A stretch of 64,000 nt of DNA, from NCBI RefSeq assembly GCF_900766005.1, contig NZ_CAAFTU010000082.1; one strand, given 5' to 3'. Numbering within the stretch: the stretch's first letter is position 1; each line of letters begins with the position of its first letter. Origin of the DNA: an uncultured Bacteroides sp. Its GTDB lineage: Bacteria; Bacteroidota; Bacteroidia; Bacteroidales; Bacteroidaceae. Positions 52,677 through 64,000 of this stretch are shown here, one piece after another. The notes beneath the pieces were generated by a model. It was not told the DNA's origin. It worked only from the letters and a program-made list of their open reading frames with translations, and did not search any database. Position numbers and translations under genes: made by a program.

Positions 52677-53922
52677 ATTCCGTTTCAGCCCATCCGGATG
52701 CATGATACCACGCTATGGAAGACTTGAAATAATTGTTCCAAAGCAAATATTTGGGAGTGGTGAATGAATTGGGGATATACATACCCATTCCACTGTAGTT
52801 ATCCCCATCTATTCTGTACAAGGATGAGGTGGGATCATGAGTATAACCTGTATAAACGACCGTCTTCTTTAATTGTTGCGTAAAATCGTCCGGAGCCATT
52901 CCTCCACACAATTTTTCAATAAACTGTAACATATCATAGGCATATCCTTTGAAGTTGCTGCTGCCTTTGCCATATTGCTGCAAATCAGCTGTATCCACGT
53001 TCTTCAGGCTATCCTGATTGGACAAAATCACACTTCTGACCGCTTCCGCCAGGCCTTCCATCTGATTGCAATCCACTGCCGAAATGGTTCCCCAACCATT
53101 ATAGTTATAATAATCTATATAATCTTTACAGATTGGCCCCAAATAATCCTTGATCGCATTTTCATACAAATAAGGCATCACACTTGCATAAGGAAATCCG
53201 GCTGCCGGTATATCAAGTACAGAAGCGATACAGTATCTGGCAGCATCCTTCAGCTCATAATACACCTCGGCACACCCCATCATACACGCATCAAACAAGA
53301 CAAAATCAAACTTTTGAGGATTTACCGTACGCAACACTTCCGCCAATTCCGGTATCAACGCTGTGTCACTGGAATACCGCCCGCCATCTTGTCCTATAGA
53401 ACGGGTGCCGGTAATAGTGGGCAACCATCCCGAACCGTGAGATCCAAAGATTATTCCATAACTTTCCGACGGGTAAGCACTCATCATATCACCTATCACT
53501 GTCTGCATGACGGTTTTCTCCGTCGATGTCTGAGGGGGATATTTTTTTCTGATGTTACCAATACCAATCAAATCATAGATAGATGTATTCTTATCAGCCA
53601 TCATTGCATCTATCGTTCCTTTAGACAGGCTGTTGATACCCCCCTGACCATTGGTTACATATTCTACGATACAAGGCTCCGGCCAACTGATATCCGAAGC
53701 CTCACCATCCCAATATACCAATAAAGCAGCCGAATCCTTCATAGCCTGAAGTCCTTGCATCATCGTCTGAATATTATTACGCAAACTGGAATTCAAACTG
53801 TTATCCGCCCAAAAGAATGCCAGAACCGTTCTTCCGGCATGTTGCTGAGGAATCACGATTGTTTCCTTCTCACAAGAGAAGAAAAAGCAGGCTGCCAAGA
53901 ATAGAAATAGAATCTTTTTCAT
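52660..53922 (-). CDS. Clostripain (C11) family cysteine peptidase lipoprotein
   Basis: ADNSL, SHGSGW (His), FDACMMG (Cys); lipobox FSC. Confidence 0.9.
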   Translation of the reverse strand: MKKILFLFLAACFFFSCEKETIVIPQQHAGRTVLAFFWADNSLNSSLRNNIQTMMQGLQAMKDSAALLVYWDGEASDISWPEPCIVEYVTNGQGGINSLSKGTIDAMMADKNTSIYDLIGIGNIRKKYPPQTSTEKTVMQTVIGDMMSAYPSESYGIIFGSHGSGWLPTITGTRSIGQDGGRYSSDTALIPELAEVLRTVNPQKFDFVLFDACMMGCAEVYYELKDAARYCIASVLDIPAAGFPYASVMPYLYENAIKDYLGPICKDYIDYYNYNGWGTISAVDCNQMEGLAEAVRSVILSNQDSLKNVDTADLQQYGKGSSNFKGYAYDMLQFIEKLCGGMAPDDFTQQLKKTVVYTGYTHDPTSSLYRIDGDNYSGMGMYIPNSFTTPKYLLWNNYFKSSIAWYHASGWAETESIWGN

Positions 53923-53932
53923 AAGAAAAGGA

Positions 53933-54328
53933 TTACTCTTCCGGTTTCTTGAACTTGAACGCATTGGGGTTCACTTCGCGAATCAGCAAGGTCTTTCCTT
54001 TTTGATACTTGGTCTTCATCTTGTTGATGGTCTTCTGCAGTTTCTTTCTGCTGTTCGAGAAATAAACAAAGCAAGTACGGTTCGTCAGCCCTTCCTCGTT
54101 TTCCAGATAATTTTTCAGCTGATAACTGTATTGTGAGCGTTCCGGCAACATCTTATTCTTATCCAGACTCACACTGTCCAGCAACTGGATTTCCGTGAAA
54201 TAAACCAATGAATCTGTAAACGATGCGGATACGCCTACTATATAAACAGATTTACTTCCTTTCAATGAGAATGCCGAGCATACCGTCAGTACCAATAATA
54301 AAGAGCACAGAATCTTTATGGATTTCAT
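53933..54328 (-). CDS. Conserved hypothetical exported protein
   Basis: Signal peptide; GVSASFTDSLVYFTEIQ, YSYQLKNY. Confidence 0.8.
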   Translation of the reverse strand: MKSIKILCSLLLVLTVCSAFSLKGSKSVYIVGVSASFTDSLVYFTEIQLLDSVSLDKNKMLPERSQYSYQLKNYLENEEGLTNRTCFVYFSNSRKKLQKTINKMKTKYQKGKTLLIREVNPNAFKFKKPEE

Positions 54329-54413
54329 AATTCTAATTTTATAATTTTATTAGAGGACAAAAGTAGTTATTTACGGACAAATACGAAAAAGTAATAGATT
54401 AATTAACTATAAT

Positions 54414-54477
54414 AATTTGCTGATGTGCCCATTACCATGCGGCACATAGTGCAGCCGATAGGCATTATTGGTATATT
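54414..54477. repeat. Degenerate inverted copy of the 50848 element
   Basis: AATTTGCTGATGTGCCCATTACCATGCGGCACATAGTGCAGC aligns to the reverse complement of 50848-50911. Confidence 0.7.
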
Positions 54478-54480
54478 ATG

Positions 54481-54526
54481 AACAAAAGCACAAGACGGAA
54501 GCAACCTTCCATCTTGTGCTTTGTTT
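54481..54526. terminator. Terminator after rpoD
   Basis: AAAGCACAAGACGGAAG-caac-CTTCCATCTTGTGCTTT. Confidence 0.8.
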
Positions 54527-54549
54527 TCTTTTCGGAAACCGAATCTTTC

Positions 54550-55410
54550 TTACCCTAAATAAGACTTAAGCAGCTTGCTACGCGAATTTTGTCTCAATCT
54601 TCTAATGGCTTTCTCTTTAATCTGGCGTACGCGCTCACGAGTGAGGCCGAATTTATCGCCGATTTCTTCCAACGTCATTTCCTGCGTATTAATACCGAAA
54701 AACATCTGGATAATATCCTTCTCCCTTTCGGTCAGCGTAGAGAGTGCTCTATCAATTTCCCTCGCAAGTGACTCATTAACCAAGGAACGGTCTGCCATAG
54801 GCGAGTCGTCGTTCACAAGCACATCCAGCAAGCTGTTGTCTTCTCCTTCCACAAAAGGAGCGTCTACAGAAATGTGGCGTCCTGAAACCTTCAACGTGTC
54901 CGAGATTTTGTCTACAGGTATTTCCAGTTCATCGGCCAGTTCTTCCGGAGAAGGACGACGTTCGTTTTCCTGTTCGAATTTAGAGAAGGCTTTGCTGATC
55001 TTGTTCAACGAGCCTACCTGATTCAACGGCAAACGGACAATACGTGACTGTTCTGCCAATGCCTGGAGAATAGACTGACGAATCCACCATACGGCGTAAC
55101 TGATAAACTTGAAGCCTCGGGTTTCATCGAACTTTTCGGCTGCTTTAATCAATCCCAGGTTGCCTTCATTAATCAAGTCAGGAAGACTTAACCCCTGATT
55201 TTGATACTGCTTGGCTACAGACACGACGAAACGCAAGTTGGCACGTGTCAGTTTTTCCAATGCTACCCGGTCGCCTTTACGGATACGCTGAGCGAGCTCT
55301 ACCTCTTCCTCTACAGTAATCAGGTCTTCACGGCCTATTTCCTGTAAATACTTATCCAGAGATGCGCTCTCTCGGTTAGTGATACTTTTGGTAATCTTTA
55401 ATTGTCTCAT
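54550..55410 (-). CDS. rpoD: Primary sigma factor of Bacteroidetes (lacks region 1.1)
   Basis: [44 protein letters not shown]. Confidence 0.96.
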   Translation of the reverse strand: MRQLKITKSITNRESASLDKYLQEIGREDLITVEEEVELAQRIRKGDRVALEKLTRANLRFVVSVAKQYQNQGLSLPDLINEGNLGLIKAAEKFDETRGFKFISYAVWWIRQSILQALAEQSRIVRLPLNQVGSLNKISKAFSKFEQENERRPSPEELADELEIPVDKISDTLKVSGRHISVDAPFVEGEDNSLLDVLVNDDSPMADRSLVNESLAREIDRALSTLTEREKDIIQMFFGINTQEMTLEEIGDKFGLTRERVRQIKEKAIRRLRQNSRSKLLKSYLG

Positions 55411-55649
55411 TCTCTATAAAACAAATTTGGGATGCAAATTTACAACATTAAATGGAATACATCCATTTTTGTTTGAAAAATATTAGCTAATAAATCAAAA
55501 AAGACTATCTTTGTCCTTCTTTTCCTAAATATTTTGCGAAAATAAGGTTATCAGTCCTGTTTGACTATAAAATCAGGATGCACGGAAGTAACCCTTACCG
55601 TGCATCCTCTAAACTTTACCTATTGAAACTTTCTACCTTAAAAATCTTC

Positions 55650-57173
55650 TTATTCCTGTGTCAAATCCACTGCATAGTTCGCACGTTTACCTGATGGGAA
55701 CATACCACTCAGGAACAATACCTGATCCGGTGACTGGGTAGCAGCTTTCAGCACATCTTCCAAATCATTTACTGATTTGACAGGTTGTCCGTTTGCCTTC
55801 AGGATGATGAAGCCTTTACGGATACCGGCAGCCTTCATCTTACCGTCTGTCACACCTGTGACTTCCACACCATATCCCAAATTCAATTGTCTCTTCAATT
55901 CCTGAGGAACTTCACGGAATGCTGCGCCCAAGATATCCATGCCCGCACTCTTCACCACTTTCGTTGTTCCCTGTGCATTCTTCAAGGTCATCTCGATATC
56001 CTTTTCTTTCTTGTCACGCAACACCTTGACGGTTACTTTGTCACCCGGACGGTGTTTAGCCAACCCCTCCTGCAACTCTGCAAAGTTCTTCACACGTTTT
56101 CCGTCAATACCGATAATGACATCATCTACTTCCAAGTTGCCGGCCGCAGAACCTCCCTCAATTATCTCAGCAATCAACACACCGTCGGTGGCGCCCAGTT
56201 CCTTCACCTTCTTCTTGATTTCTTCCGGCATCATCTGCTGGTCATCATTAATCGGAGTACCCTTGATGCCCAATACCGCACGCTGAACGGTTCCATATTC
56301 TTTCAAGTCGGCTATAACTTTCGTCATAATACTGGTTGGAATAGCAAACCCATAACCCGAATAAGCTCCTGTAGGTGAATAAAGTACGGAATTGATACCT
56401 ACCAGTTCACCCCTTGCATTCACCAATGCACCACCACTGTTGCCTTGGTTGATCGCAGCATCTGTCTGGATGAAAGATTCCACACCATTATTATATACCC
56501 CTAAAGAACGGGCTTTGGCACTCACAATACCGGCTGTTACCGTAGAAGTCATATTAAAGGGATTACCCACAGCCAATACCCACTCACCTACTTTCAAAGC
56601 CTCCGAATTGCCCACGGGAATCGTAGGAAGCTCATCCGCTTCAATTTTAACCAACGCTAAATCCGTGCTGGGGTCTGTGCCGATTACACGTCCCTTGTAT
56701 TCACGTCCGTCATTCAGTTTGACACTGATCACATCAGCATTATCGATTACATGGTTATTCGTTACAATATATCCATCTTTCGAGATGATCACTCCGGAAC
56801 CGAATCCCACTCTTTCAGGAGTCTGCACCTGACGCTGCTGACCGCCGCCTCTGCCATTTCCAAAAATATCACCAAAGAAATCATAGAACGGATCACGAAC
56901 GGTAACCGTCTGAGTCTTTGATTCTTGAGTTGACTTTATATGAACTACTGCATGCACTGAATTTTCCGCTGCCTGAGTCAAATCCACCGGTTGCATTTGA
57001 GTGGCGTCCAACGCGGCGAGTCTTGTATTCGGATTTTGTTGGAACACATCATTAAAAGCCACGCTTTTGTTTGGCTCGGGTTTCAACATAGAATAAGCCG
57101 TTACTCCTGCTACACCTGCGCTGACTGCTACAATTGCTGCTGCGCCTAGTACCATTTTAGTTGCTTGTTTCAT
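55650..57173 (-). CDS. degP: DegP/HtrA serine protease with two PDZ domains
   Basis: TNNHV, TDLAL, INQGNSGGAL. Confidence 0.95.
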   Translation of the reverse strand: MKQATKMVLGAAAIVAVSAGVAGVTAYSMLKPEPNKSVAFNDVFQQNPNTRLAALDATQMQPVDLTQAAENSVHAVVHIKSTQESKTQTVTVRDPFYDFFGDIFGNGRGGGQQRQVQTPERVGFGSGVIISKDGYIVTNNHVIDNADVISVKLNDGREYKGRVIGTDPSTDLALVKIEADELPTIPVGNSEALKVGEWVLAVGNPFNMTSTVTAGIVSAKARSLGVYNNGVESFIQTDAAINQGNSGGALVNARGELVGINSVLYSPTGAYSGYGFAIPTSIMTKVIADLKEYGTVQRAVLGIKGTPINDDQQMMPEEIKKKVKELGATDGVLIAEIIEGGSAAGNLEVDDVIIGIDGKRVKNFAELQEGLAKHRPGDKVTVKVLRDKKEKDIEMTLKNAQGTTKVVKSAGMDILGAAFREVPQELKRQLNLGYGVEVTGVTDGKMKAAGIRKGFIILKANGQPVKSVNDLEDVLKAATQSPDQVLFLSGMFPSGKRANYAVDLTQE

Positions 57174-57493
57174 AACTTAATATCTATTAATTTGTTAATT
57201 TCAAGTTTGGTTTAACATTTATGACGCTAATGTAATGACAAATATTGTACGGTTGTACCGTTTGTCAGAGTTTTTTTTCCTCTTTTAACACAGACAGATA
57301 AGCACTTAACAGGGGTTAACCGCAGAATCTGCCAAATTTGCATTCATTATCAATAGCTGACAGACAGCAAGATGACACAGGATGCAACTTGCCTCATAGA
57401 TAGTTATGTCTTGCAGGAAATACTTGCCTCTCGCCGGAATGCATCCATATACCCCCCTATAAAAGAGCATGTCCGTGACCGGTCTTTCCAACT

Positions 57494-58093
57494 TTACTTT
57501 TTCAACTGGTTCAATACCCTTCCCGCACTATCCGAAAGAACGACAACAGCTCCTGCCAGAATAGCAATATCCTTAATGACCAGACGACCGGCGCCCGTCA
57601 GCAGAGGGAATCCCTGTTCGCCACTTCCCAAATCGGGGACCCACACCTCGGGCGTTGTTACAAGGAAAGACAAAGTGCCCAATGTCATGACAATAGCCAG
57701 TCCGGCCCCCACCAAACCGGTTTTCGGAGAGAAGATGCCTAAAAACGTCAAGATACCGATCCCCATAATCAAAATACCCAATCCATGAGAGAACCCATAA
57801 GTATTGTTCTCTTCATGCCACAGGTGCTTCGTTTCATCGAGTTCGCCTTCTTTCAGCTTATATTCTTTATATTCAGGAGCATCCTTAGTATAAAAGAAAC
57901 TCATAAAGGGACTGTTCGCCACAAAAGGCACAATTCCTTCGGCTTCATAGTTCCAGAATTTCAGACCACCAATCCATACAAAAATTACAAGGATTGCCAC
58001 ACGGATAAGATTGATACCCAGTTTTTGGGCAGATGCTGCTATTGTTAAAAACGCAACAAACAGAGATTTTAATTTTGCCATCATTGCTTTCAT
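57494..58093 (-). CDS. DUF417 (YkgB/RclC-like) membrane protein
   Basis: WIGGLKF..YEAEGI.PFVANSPFMS, TLSFL.TTP, KD. Confidence 0.88.
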   Translation of the reverse strand: MKAMMAKLKSLFVAFLTIAASAQKLGINLIRVAILVIFVWIGGLKFWNYEAEGIVPFVANSPFMSFFYTKDAPEYKEYKLKEGELDETKHLWHEENNTYGFSHGLGILIMGIGILTFLGIFSPKTGLVGAGLAIVMTLGTLSFLVTTPEVWVPDLGSGEQGFPLLTGAGRLVIKDIAILAGAVVVLSDSAGRVLNQLKK

Positions 58094-58176
58094 TATTAAA
58101 AGATTTAACTTCCTGGTGCAAAGGTCGGTGGTTTTCCCCCTCCGGTAAATGGCAATTTCCCCATATAGGTTGGCAA

Positions 58177-59013
58177 TTATTCCCGCTTCTCTCTTTTCCG
58201 GTATTCCGAAAGGCTCTCCTTGTTCATTTTCTTAAAGAAACGGCTGAACGTAGCCAAATCCTCAAATCCCAGAATCTCACTGATTTCTTTCGCACTCTTA
58301 CCCGTATAAAGCAACAAGCGCTTGGCTTCCGCATCCACGCGTTCATGAATGACACGCAAAGGAGAAGAAAGTCCGTAAAGGGAAAAGAGATTAGAAATAG
58401 TCTTGGGAGAACGGCACAACATATCAGCATAATCCTGTACTTGCTTCTTCTCCTTAAAATGACTGTCAACCAGTACATAAAACTGACGAATCACATCAAA
58501 CATGTTCTCACGTCCCGGGTCCACATCAAACTTTTCACGGGCTATGCGGGTACAAGTGATAATGAAACGTTTCAGAATAATACGCAACATTTCTTCCTGC
58601 AAGTTGTCTTGTATTCCACACTCCCCCCTGAAAATATCGACAATACTGTCAAGACGGGCCGACTGGGAAGGCGAAAGCTTCAAACGCATGACACGGGAAG
58701 AACCGTTAAACAGGAATCCGTTACAAGACACCTCGCTGTCATGCCTGTAAATACAATAAAAGTTACTATTGAATAAAAAAGTGAGGTATTCACCGCCCAC
58801 TCCCCTTATCTGCACATGATGCAAAGGAGTAAGCGAAATCATTTCCTCTTTTTCCAGATGCATCACCACATGATCCACTTCCACATCCAACGTTCCATGC
58901 CGCACCCATATAAATTTATAAAGACTCCTGTCACGCTGCAAAAAGGAGTTTTCATGGAAACAGGAAGTCATTGCTATATTTCCATTCAATTTAGTACGTA
59001 AGTGATATTCCAT
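58177..59013 (-). CDS. AraC family transcriptional regulator
   Basis: KEISEILGFED..TFSRFFKK. Confidence 0.92.
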   Translation of the reverse strand: MEYHLRTKLNGNIAMTSCFHENSFLQRDRSLYKFIWVRHGTLDVEVDHVVMHLEKEEMISLTPLHHVQIRGVGGEYLTFLFNSNFYCIYRHDSEVSCNGFLFNGSSRVMRLKLSPSQSARLDSIVDIFRGECGIQDNLQEEMLRIILKRFIITCTRIAREKFDVDPGRENMFDVIRQFYVLVDSHFKEKKQVQDYADMLCRSPKTISNLFSLYGLSSPLRVIHERVDAEAKRLLLYTGKSAKEISEILGFEDLATFSRFFKKMNKESLSEYRKREKRE

Positions 59014-59350
59014 AACTACTTCTGATTAAGTGATGTTCCCCTACTTTTTCAAAAATAAGATGACGGGATAAATATAAGACTATTCCTTTATATAAAAAAG
59101 AAATAGAACAAAAGAATGACTTCCCCTCCCACTCCCTTTATCAGCATTCGCGCCCCACTGCCATATCGGCCGGCAGGAATTCCCATCCAATCATCTCCCA
59201 TTTGCCTATACGAAAACTTTCCATCCCGTCCTGTCTCTTTTAATATTTGTTAAACATTTCCATTTCTTCGTCCACTCATTAATTTAATAGTACATTTGTT
59301 GCATCACAAGCATCGTAGCTATATAATAAAAGAAGAGTAGGACATCAATA

Positions 59351-62300
59351 ATGAACAGAAATCTTAAAAGAACGTGTGTAGCCCATATACAACGGTTACT
59401 GATATGTACCTGTATATTCACCCTCTTTGCAACCATCGGCAAAGCCTCCCATGTACAGGAAAACACCGAGACGGGGAACTATATTCTGATTCTGAACAGC
59501 TACAACGAATCCTCTCCCTGGAGCAACAGCATCACCACCCCCATTGTTCATAAAATAGCTGGAATAGAGAACATGGACGCTTACATAGAGCATCTGAATC
59601 TTTTTATGGTAGGCGACTCCACTAAAATCGAGAGATTCCCAGAAATTCTTTCCTCGAAATATGGTTCCACCCCTCCCCGCCTGCTGGTATTCATCGGGAG
59701 CATGAGCCTGATTTTCAGAGAAGAGATTCAATCTTTATGGGGTAAAGTACCTGCCATTGTATGCGGAGCCGACCCCTATGTGTACCATGAGAAATTCTAC
59801 AGGCAGAGAGATACAGTCACCCCCGAAGAAAAGACACACATGAGCGAATTGGCAGAAGAGTTCAATTTCACCTACATGCACACCCCCATCTATCTGGAAG
59901 AAAACGTGCAACTGATGTGCAGGATGATTCCCGGTATGAAGAAACTGATTTTCCTGGGAGACGGCATCTACCCCAATCCGGAATATGACAAGCAACTGCG
60001 AGAGCTGATTAAAGACAAATACCCGCAAATGGATTACGAATACATCTCCTCGCGTACCAACAGTCTGCATCAGCTATATAATGCCGTACGTAAAACAGAC
60101 AAGACCACAGGCATTCTGGTATCCACCTGGTTCACCGAATCGTTCACTTCAAGCAATTTTCTGATTAATGCCTACAGAAGTATCGCCAGCATCTCCGCCC
60201 CTTTGTTCACCATCCGCTATGCAGGTATGGATGACGGCGGCATGGTAGGAGGATACATGTATAATGACCAAATCTTTACCAGGCAATTACTGAAAACGAT
60301 AGACGAGATACTACATGGGAAGAAAGCCAGCGACATACCTTTTTATGAACCCAACGAAGCACACCCCGCATTCAACTACACAAGACTGGTAAATAAAGGA
60401 CTCGATCCCGACCTATGCCCTGGTGACACCGTCTTCTATGACAAACCGGCCAACTTTCTGAACAAATATAAATGGATCATCCTAAGTGTACTCATTGCTT
60501 TTATACTGATGGCCGTGACACAGCAAAAACGCATTCAAATGCTGAAAGCGCTGAGACGCGCCCAGCAAAATGAAATAGACACGAACACACAATATACCAA
60601 TCTGATAGACAATATGCCTATCCTTTACATGAAGGAACAGGTAATATGGGATAAAGAAGGAAATATTATAGACAGCATCTATCGGGATGTCAACCGTTAT
60701 TTCGAACGATGTTTCTTGCCCAAATCCGATATAATAGGGAAAAGAGCCTCTGAAATTTTCCCGGAGTCCTTGCCGGAATTCACCCATTTCATGAGTATCA
60801 CCTTAAAAGAAAAGAAATCGATCACCTTCCCATATTATTTTAAGACCGTCAACACCTTCTATGATGTTGTCCTGAATTGCTCTACCGAACCGGACACAGT
60901 GGATGTGTTCTGCATGGACAGCACCGAACTGCACAATGCGCAGCAAATGCTGAGCGCCACGAACCATAAACTTTCCATGGCACTGGAAGTAGCCAACATC
61001 GTACCTTGGAAATGGAATTTGAAAGACCATACCATTTTATGCGATCTCAACCGCCCCATTGCCATGGCGGCCATGCCGGGAAGCATCAGCGAAGATCAGT
61101 TGAGCGTTTCGGATGAGCAATACTTCGCTAAAATCATTAAAGAAGACCGCCCGCGCGTGATACAGGCTTACCGTGACCTGGCAGACGGGAAAATAGAGAA
61201 AGTAAAAGAGGAATACCGCGTGCTGGCCAATGACGGAACACAATGGAAAATAGACTGGATAGAGGCGCAGGCAGCTGTGGAAAGCAAAGACGAAAACGGA
61301 ATGCCGCTCACTTTGGTAGGATCTTCCCTAGTCATAACTGAACGGAAGAAAATGGAAGACGAACTGCTTTCAGCCAAGGACCGCGCGGAAGAATCCAACC
61401 GGCTGAAGTCCGCTTTTCTTGCCAATATGAGCCACGAAATACGCACTCCGCTAAATGCTATCATCGGTTTCTCAAACATCCTTGCTGCTGCAGAAGAGGA
61501 ACAGGAAAAGCAGGAATATATCAATATCATTGAAAGTAACAATACGTTGCTGCTGCAATTAATCAGCGACATACTGGACTTATCGAAAATAGAGGCCGGC
61601 ACACTGGAATTCTGTTATTCCAACGTGGAACTGAATGATATTATCTCCGAGATAGAAAGTGTTACCCGTTATCGGACAGAGAGCAACGGCATTCAACTGA
61701 TTGTACAGAAAGGACTTCCCTCCTGCCTCATAAGAACGGAAAAGAACCGTCTGATGCAGGTACTGAACAATTTACTGAACAACGCCAGCAAATTTACCTC
61801 ACAAGGAAGCATCACCTTCGGCTACAAACTATGCGACAAAGAACTTTATTTCTATGTTAAAGATACCGGTTGCGGCATTCCAGCCGACAAAGTGAACTCC
61901 ATATTCGGACGTTTCGTCAAACTGAACTCTTTTGTACAGGGTACAGGACTGGGGCTATCCATTTGCCAGACAATTGTAGAGCACATGGGAGGACGCATCG
62001 GTGTTGAGTCCGAGGAAGGAAAAGGATCCACTTTCTGGTTCACCATTCCATACCAGCCTGCCGCTGCAGAGAACAAGAAAGAGGAAGAGCATCAACTCAT
62101 TTCCGTGCAAAAAGACAAGCTGACCATTCTGATCGCCGAAGACAATGAGAGCAATTACCGGCTGTTCCAATCTATCTTGAAACGAGAATATAACCTGGTA
62201 CATGCCTGGGATGGAAAAGAGGCGGTCAATTTGTATAAGCTCCATACCCCTCAGATAATTCTGATGGATATCAATATGCCGGTGATGGATGGCTATGAGG

Positions 62301-62488
62301 CCACCCGGGAAATACGAAAACTATCCTTGGATGTACCTATCATTGCTGTTACCGCTTTCGCCTATGCCAGTGATGAACAACGGGCCATGGAAAACGGCTT
62401 CGACGGCTATATGGCCAAGCCCATCAGCGCCCCGCAACTGAGACAACAGATTGCTGCCATATTACAGAAACGCATTATCTTATTATAA
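59351..62488 (+). CDS. Hybrid sensor histidine kinase/response regulator
   Basis: Periplasmic sensor, PAS-like domains, [16 protein letters not shown], receiver domain (MDINMP). Confidence 0.95.
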   Translation: MNRNLKRTCVAHIQRLLICTCIFTLFATIGKASHVQENTETGNYILILNSYNESSPWSNSITTPIVHKIAGIENMDAYIEHLNLFMVGDSTKIERFPEILSSKYGSTPPRLLVFIGSMSLIFREEIQSLWGKVPAIVCGADPYVYHEKFYRQRDTVTPEEKTHMSELAEEFNFTYMHTPIYLEENVQLMCRMIPGMKKLIFLGDGIYPNPEYDKQLRELIKDKYPQMDYEYISSRTNSLHQLYNAVRKTDKTTGILVSTWFTESFTSSNFLINAYRSIASISAPLFTIRYAGMDDGGMVGGYMYNDQIFTRQLLKTIDEILHGKKASDIPFYEPNEAHPAFNYTRLVNKGLDPDLCPGDTVFYDKPANFLNKYKWIILSVLIAFILMAVTQQKRIQMLKALRRAQQNEIDTNTQYTNLIDNMPILYMKEQVIWDKEGNIIDSIYRDVNRYFERCFLPKSDIIGKRASEIFPESLPEFTHFMSITLKEKKSITFPYYFKTVNTFYDVVLNCSTEPDTVDVFCMDSTELHNAQQMLSATNHKLSMALEVANIVPWKWNLKDHTILCDLNRPIAMAAMPGSISEDQLSVSDEQYFAKIIKEDRPRVIQAYRDLADGKIEKVKEEYRVLANDGTQWKIDWIEAQAAVESKDENGMPLTLVGSSLVITERKKMEDELLSAKDRAEESNRLKSAFLANMSHEIRTPLNAIIGFSNILAAAEEEQEKQEYINIIESNNTLLLQLISDILDLSKIEAGTLEFCYSNVELNDIISEIESVTRYRTESNGIQLIVQKGLPSCLIRTEKNRLMQVLNNLLNNASKFTSQGSITFGYKLCDKELYFYVKDTGCGIPADKVNSIFGRFVKLNSFVQGTGLGLSICQTIVEHMGGRIGVESEEGKGSTFWFTIPYQPAAAENKKEEEHQLISVQKDKLTILIAEDNESNYRLFQSILKREYNLVHAWDGKEAVNLYKLHTPQIILMDINMPVMDGYEATREIRKLSLDVPIIAVTAFAYASDEQRAMENGFDGYMAKPISAPQLRQQIAAILQKRIILL

Positions 62489-62720
62489 CCTCCGCTTTTT
62501 CCATTATACCCGGCTGAAATCCGATGTAGAAACCGGTTTGAATCCGCAACTATAAACAAGAAAACGACCGAAAGCGCCACAAGGATGGAGAATTAAAGAT
62601 GATTATAACATAAATGCAGAGTTAATTCATCGCTTCAGCTCCATTAAGTCTTTTTTTCAGTACCATTAAAGCATTTCTTACGGTTACCTTTTACAGACTA
62701 CGACAGTAGTCCGTATGTTT

Positions 62721-62786
62721 CACTACGGCAGACCGTACAGTCCACTGTAGCAGACTGTACGGTCCACTGCCGAAGACTATAGTAAC
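62721..62786. repeat. Three 22-bp tandem palindromic units
   Basis: CACTACGGCAGACCGTACAGTC / CACTGTAGCAGACTGTACGGTC / CACTGCCGAAGACTATAGTAAC. Confidence 0.75.
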
Positions 62787-62863
62787 AGTCCGTACAAAAA
62801 GACTTAACAGTCCGCATGACAAGGCCTGATATACCCGACAAAAAGTATTAATCCCCCATATCT

Positions 62864-62906
62864 AAAAAAAGTTCCCCCTTGCTCACCTTCACAGGCTATG
62901 CAAGAG
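62864..62906 (-). terminator. Terminator of the esterase gene
   Basis: TCCCTCTTGC...CTGTGAAG...GCAAGGGGAAC-TTTTTTT. Confidence 0.75.
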
Positions 62907-62950
62907 GGAGATTCTACACTAACTCTTAACCTAATAAATAAACGACAAAA

Positions 62951-64000
62951 TCATTCTTTATATCTCAAGGCTCCGGCAGGCAGTTTCTCACCTTTCTCAC
63001 CAAAGCTCTTCAATGCGTTTTCCGGCTCAATGGTTACTTTACTTTCATCCAGCATGTTCCGGTCAAGGCCGAACACGTCTATAAAGAAATCATAAACCGC
63101 ATTGCGCTTGTTCGGACCGAAATCATGGCGTTCTTGCGGCAAATGTACATTGCTCACCTTGTCCGTCGCACCGTAAAAACCGTAGATGCGTTGCAAGTAA
63201 GGATATTCCAAACGGGGAACCGTGGCTGTCCAGTCTCCTCCGTCGGAAACCACCAGCATGGGACGCGGGGCAAACAGGGCGGCCAGCTCCGCATTGCAAG
63301 TTCCTCCACCTGCCAACTGGATGGGCTTGCCACTTTCACACGGGCAACCGCCATCAAAATGAGAGGCCAGACTGACCACAGGGGCGGCAGCTGTAAAACG
63401 GTCGTCCAGGACGGTAAGCAACACCGTCTGCGTTCCTCCGCCGGAACCACCGTTCACGCCGATGCATGCAGGATCTATATCTTTACGGTTTGCCAGCATA
63501 TAGTCCAGTATCCATATTCCGTTCATAGCCTGAATGGTGTGCGCATCGGCAGTATGGTGCGCCTTTCCTCCTACCTGCAAGGCGGATTCACCCCAACCAT
63601 ACAGGTCATAATCCACACAGACAGCCCCCATACGTGCCAGAGTCGCCATGCGCTGCTGCTGGTCTTTGCGGTAGCGTCCCTGTCCAAAATGACCATTGGG
63701 GCAGATAATCAGTGCATGTTTGCCTTTGGTGCGGGGGGCATAGACTGAACCGCAGACATAAAGTCCCGGCAAGGTTTCCAATGCAAAGTTCTGCACGGTA
63801 TAGCCATCAAATTTGCGTATTTTGGAAAGAACAGGCTTTGCATCCTTCACTGTTTTCCCCAGCATATCATCCAGTCCCAGACGTTGGCGCACCTCTTTGC
63901 GGAGAATCTCCCTGCGCTGTTCCCATTGACTTTTATCACTATATAAACCACTAAGGTATGCCAGCATTTTTTCTCCGTCGGCATCCGTGCGGCGGGCGTA
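62951..64000 (-). CDS. Acetyl xylan esterase-like alpha/beta hydrolase (5' part beyond the window)
   Basis: CPNGH, GGSGGGTQT, APRPML, HDFG; frame stays open to 64000. Confidence 0.85.
   Translation of the reverse strand, partial: YARRTDADGEKMLAYLSGLYSDKSQWEQRREILRKEVRQRLGLDDMLGKTVKDAKPVLSKIRKFDGYTVQNFALETLPGLYVCGSVYAPRTKGKHALIICPNGHFGQGRYRKDQQQRMATLARMGAVCVDYDLYGWGESALQVGGKAHHTADAHTIQAMNGIWILDYMLANRKDIDPACIGVNGGSGGGTQTVLLTVLDDRFTAAAPVVSLASHFDGGCPCESGKPIQLAGGGTCNAELAALFAPRPMLVVSDGGDWTATVPRLEYPYLQRIYGFYGATDKVSNVHLPQERHDFGPNKRNAVYDFFIDVFGLDRNMLDESKVTIEPENALKSFGEKGEKLPAGALRYKE

Noticed and set aside
54550..55410. Unusually short rpoD, and the long S16 tail at 32066-32617
   Set aside because: Both are normal features of Bacteroidetes

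Overview
Chromosomal window of a gut Bacteroidales, most consistent with Phocaeicola (Bacteroides) vulgatus/dorei. The assignment is inferred from gene content, TAnnTTTG promoters and the short primary sigma factor. Most of it is core genome: bioB-bioA, a glycogen/alpha-glucan operon, purT, relA, ferritin, rpsP, ettA, panB, mntH, rpoD, degP and several transporters. Notable elements: (1) a 121-codon leader ORF with its own promoter whose last codons contain an intrinsic terminator just upstream of bioB, a candidate translation-coupled attenuator for biotin synthesis; (2) a porin / imelysin / di-heme lipoprotein / CcsBA operon, probably for redox-coupled metal uptake, followed by a convergent candidate sRNA with a similar promoter-proximal box; (3) a SusD-less TonB receptor / lipoprotein / ExeM-like nuclease locus, a candidate for DNA foraging; (4) a GH57 protein lacking its catalytic residues and carrying a histone-H1/PhaF-like tail; (5) an IS66 transposase relic and several palindromic intergenic repeats. 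No rRNA, tRNA or CRISPR array was recognised. All calls were made by eye from motifs; no searches were run.
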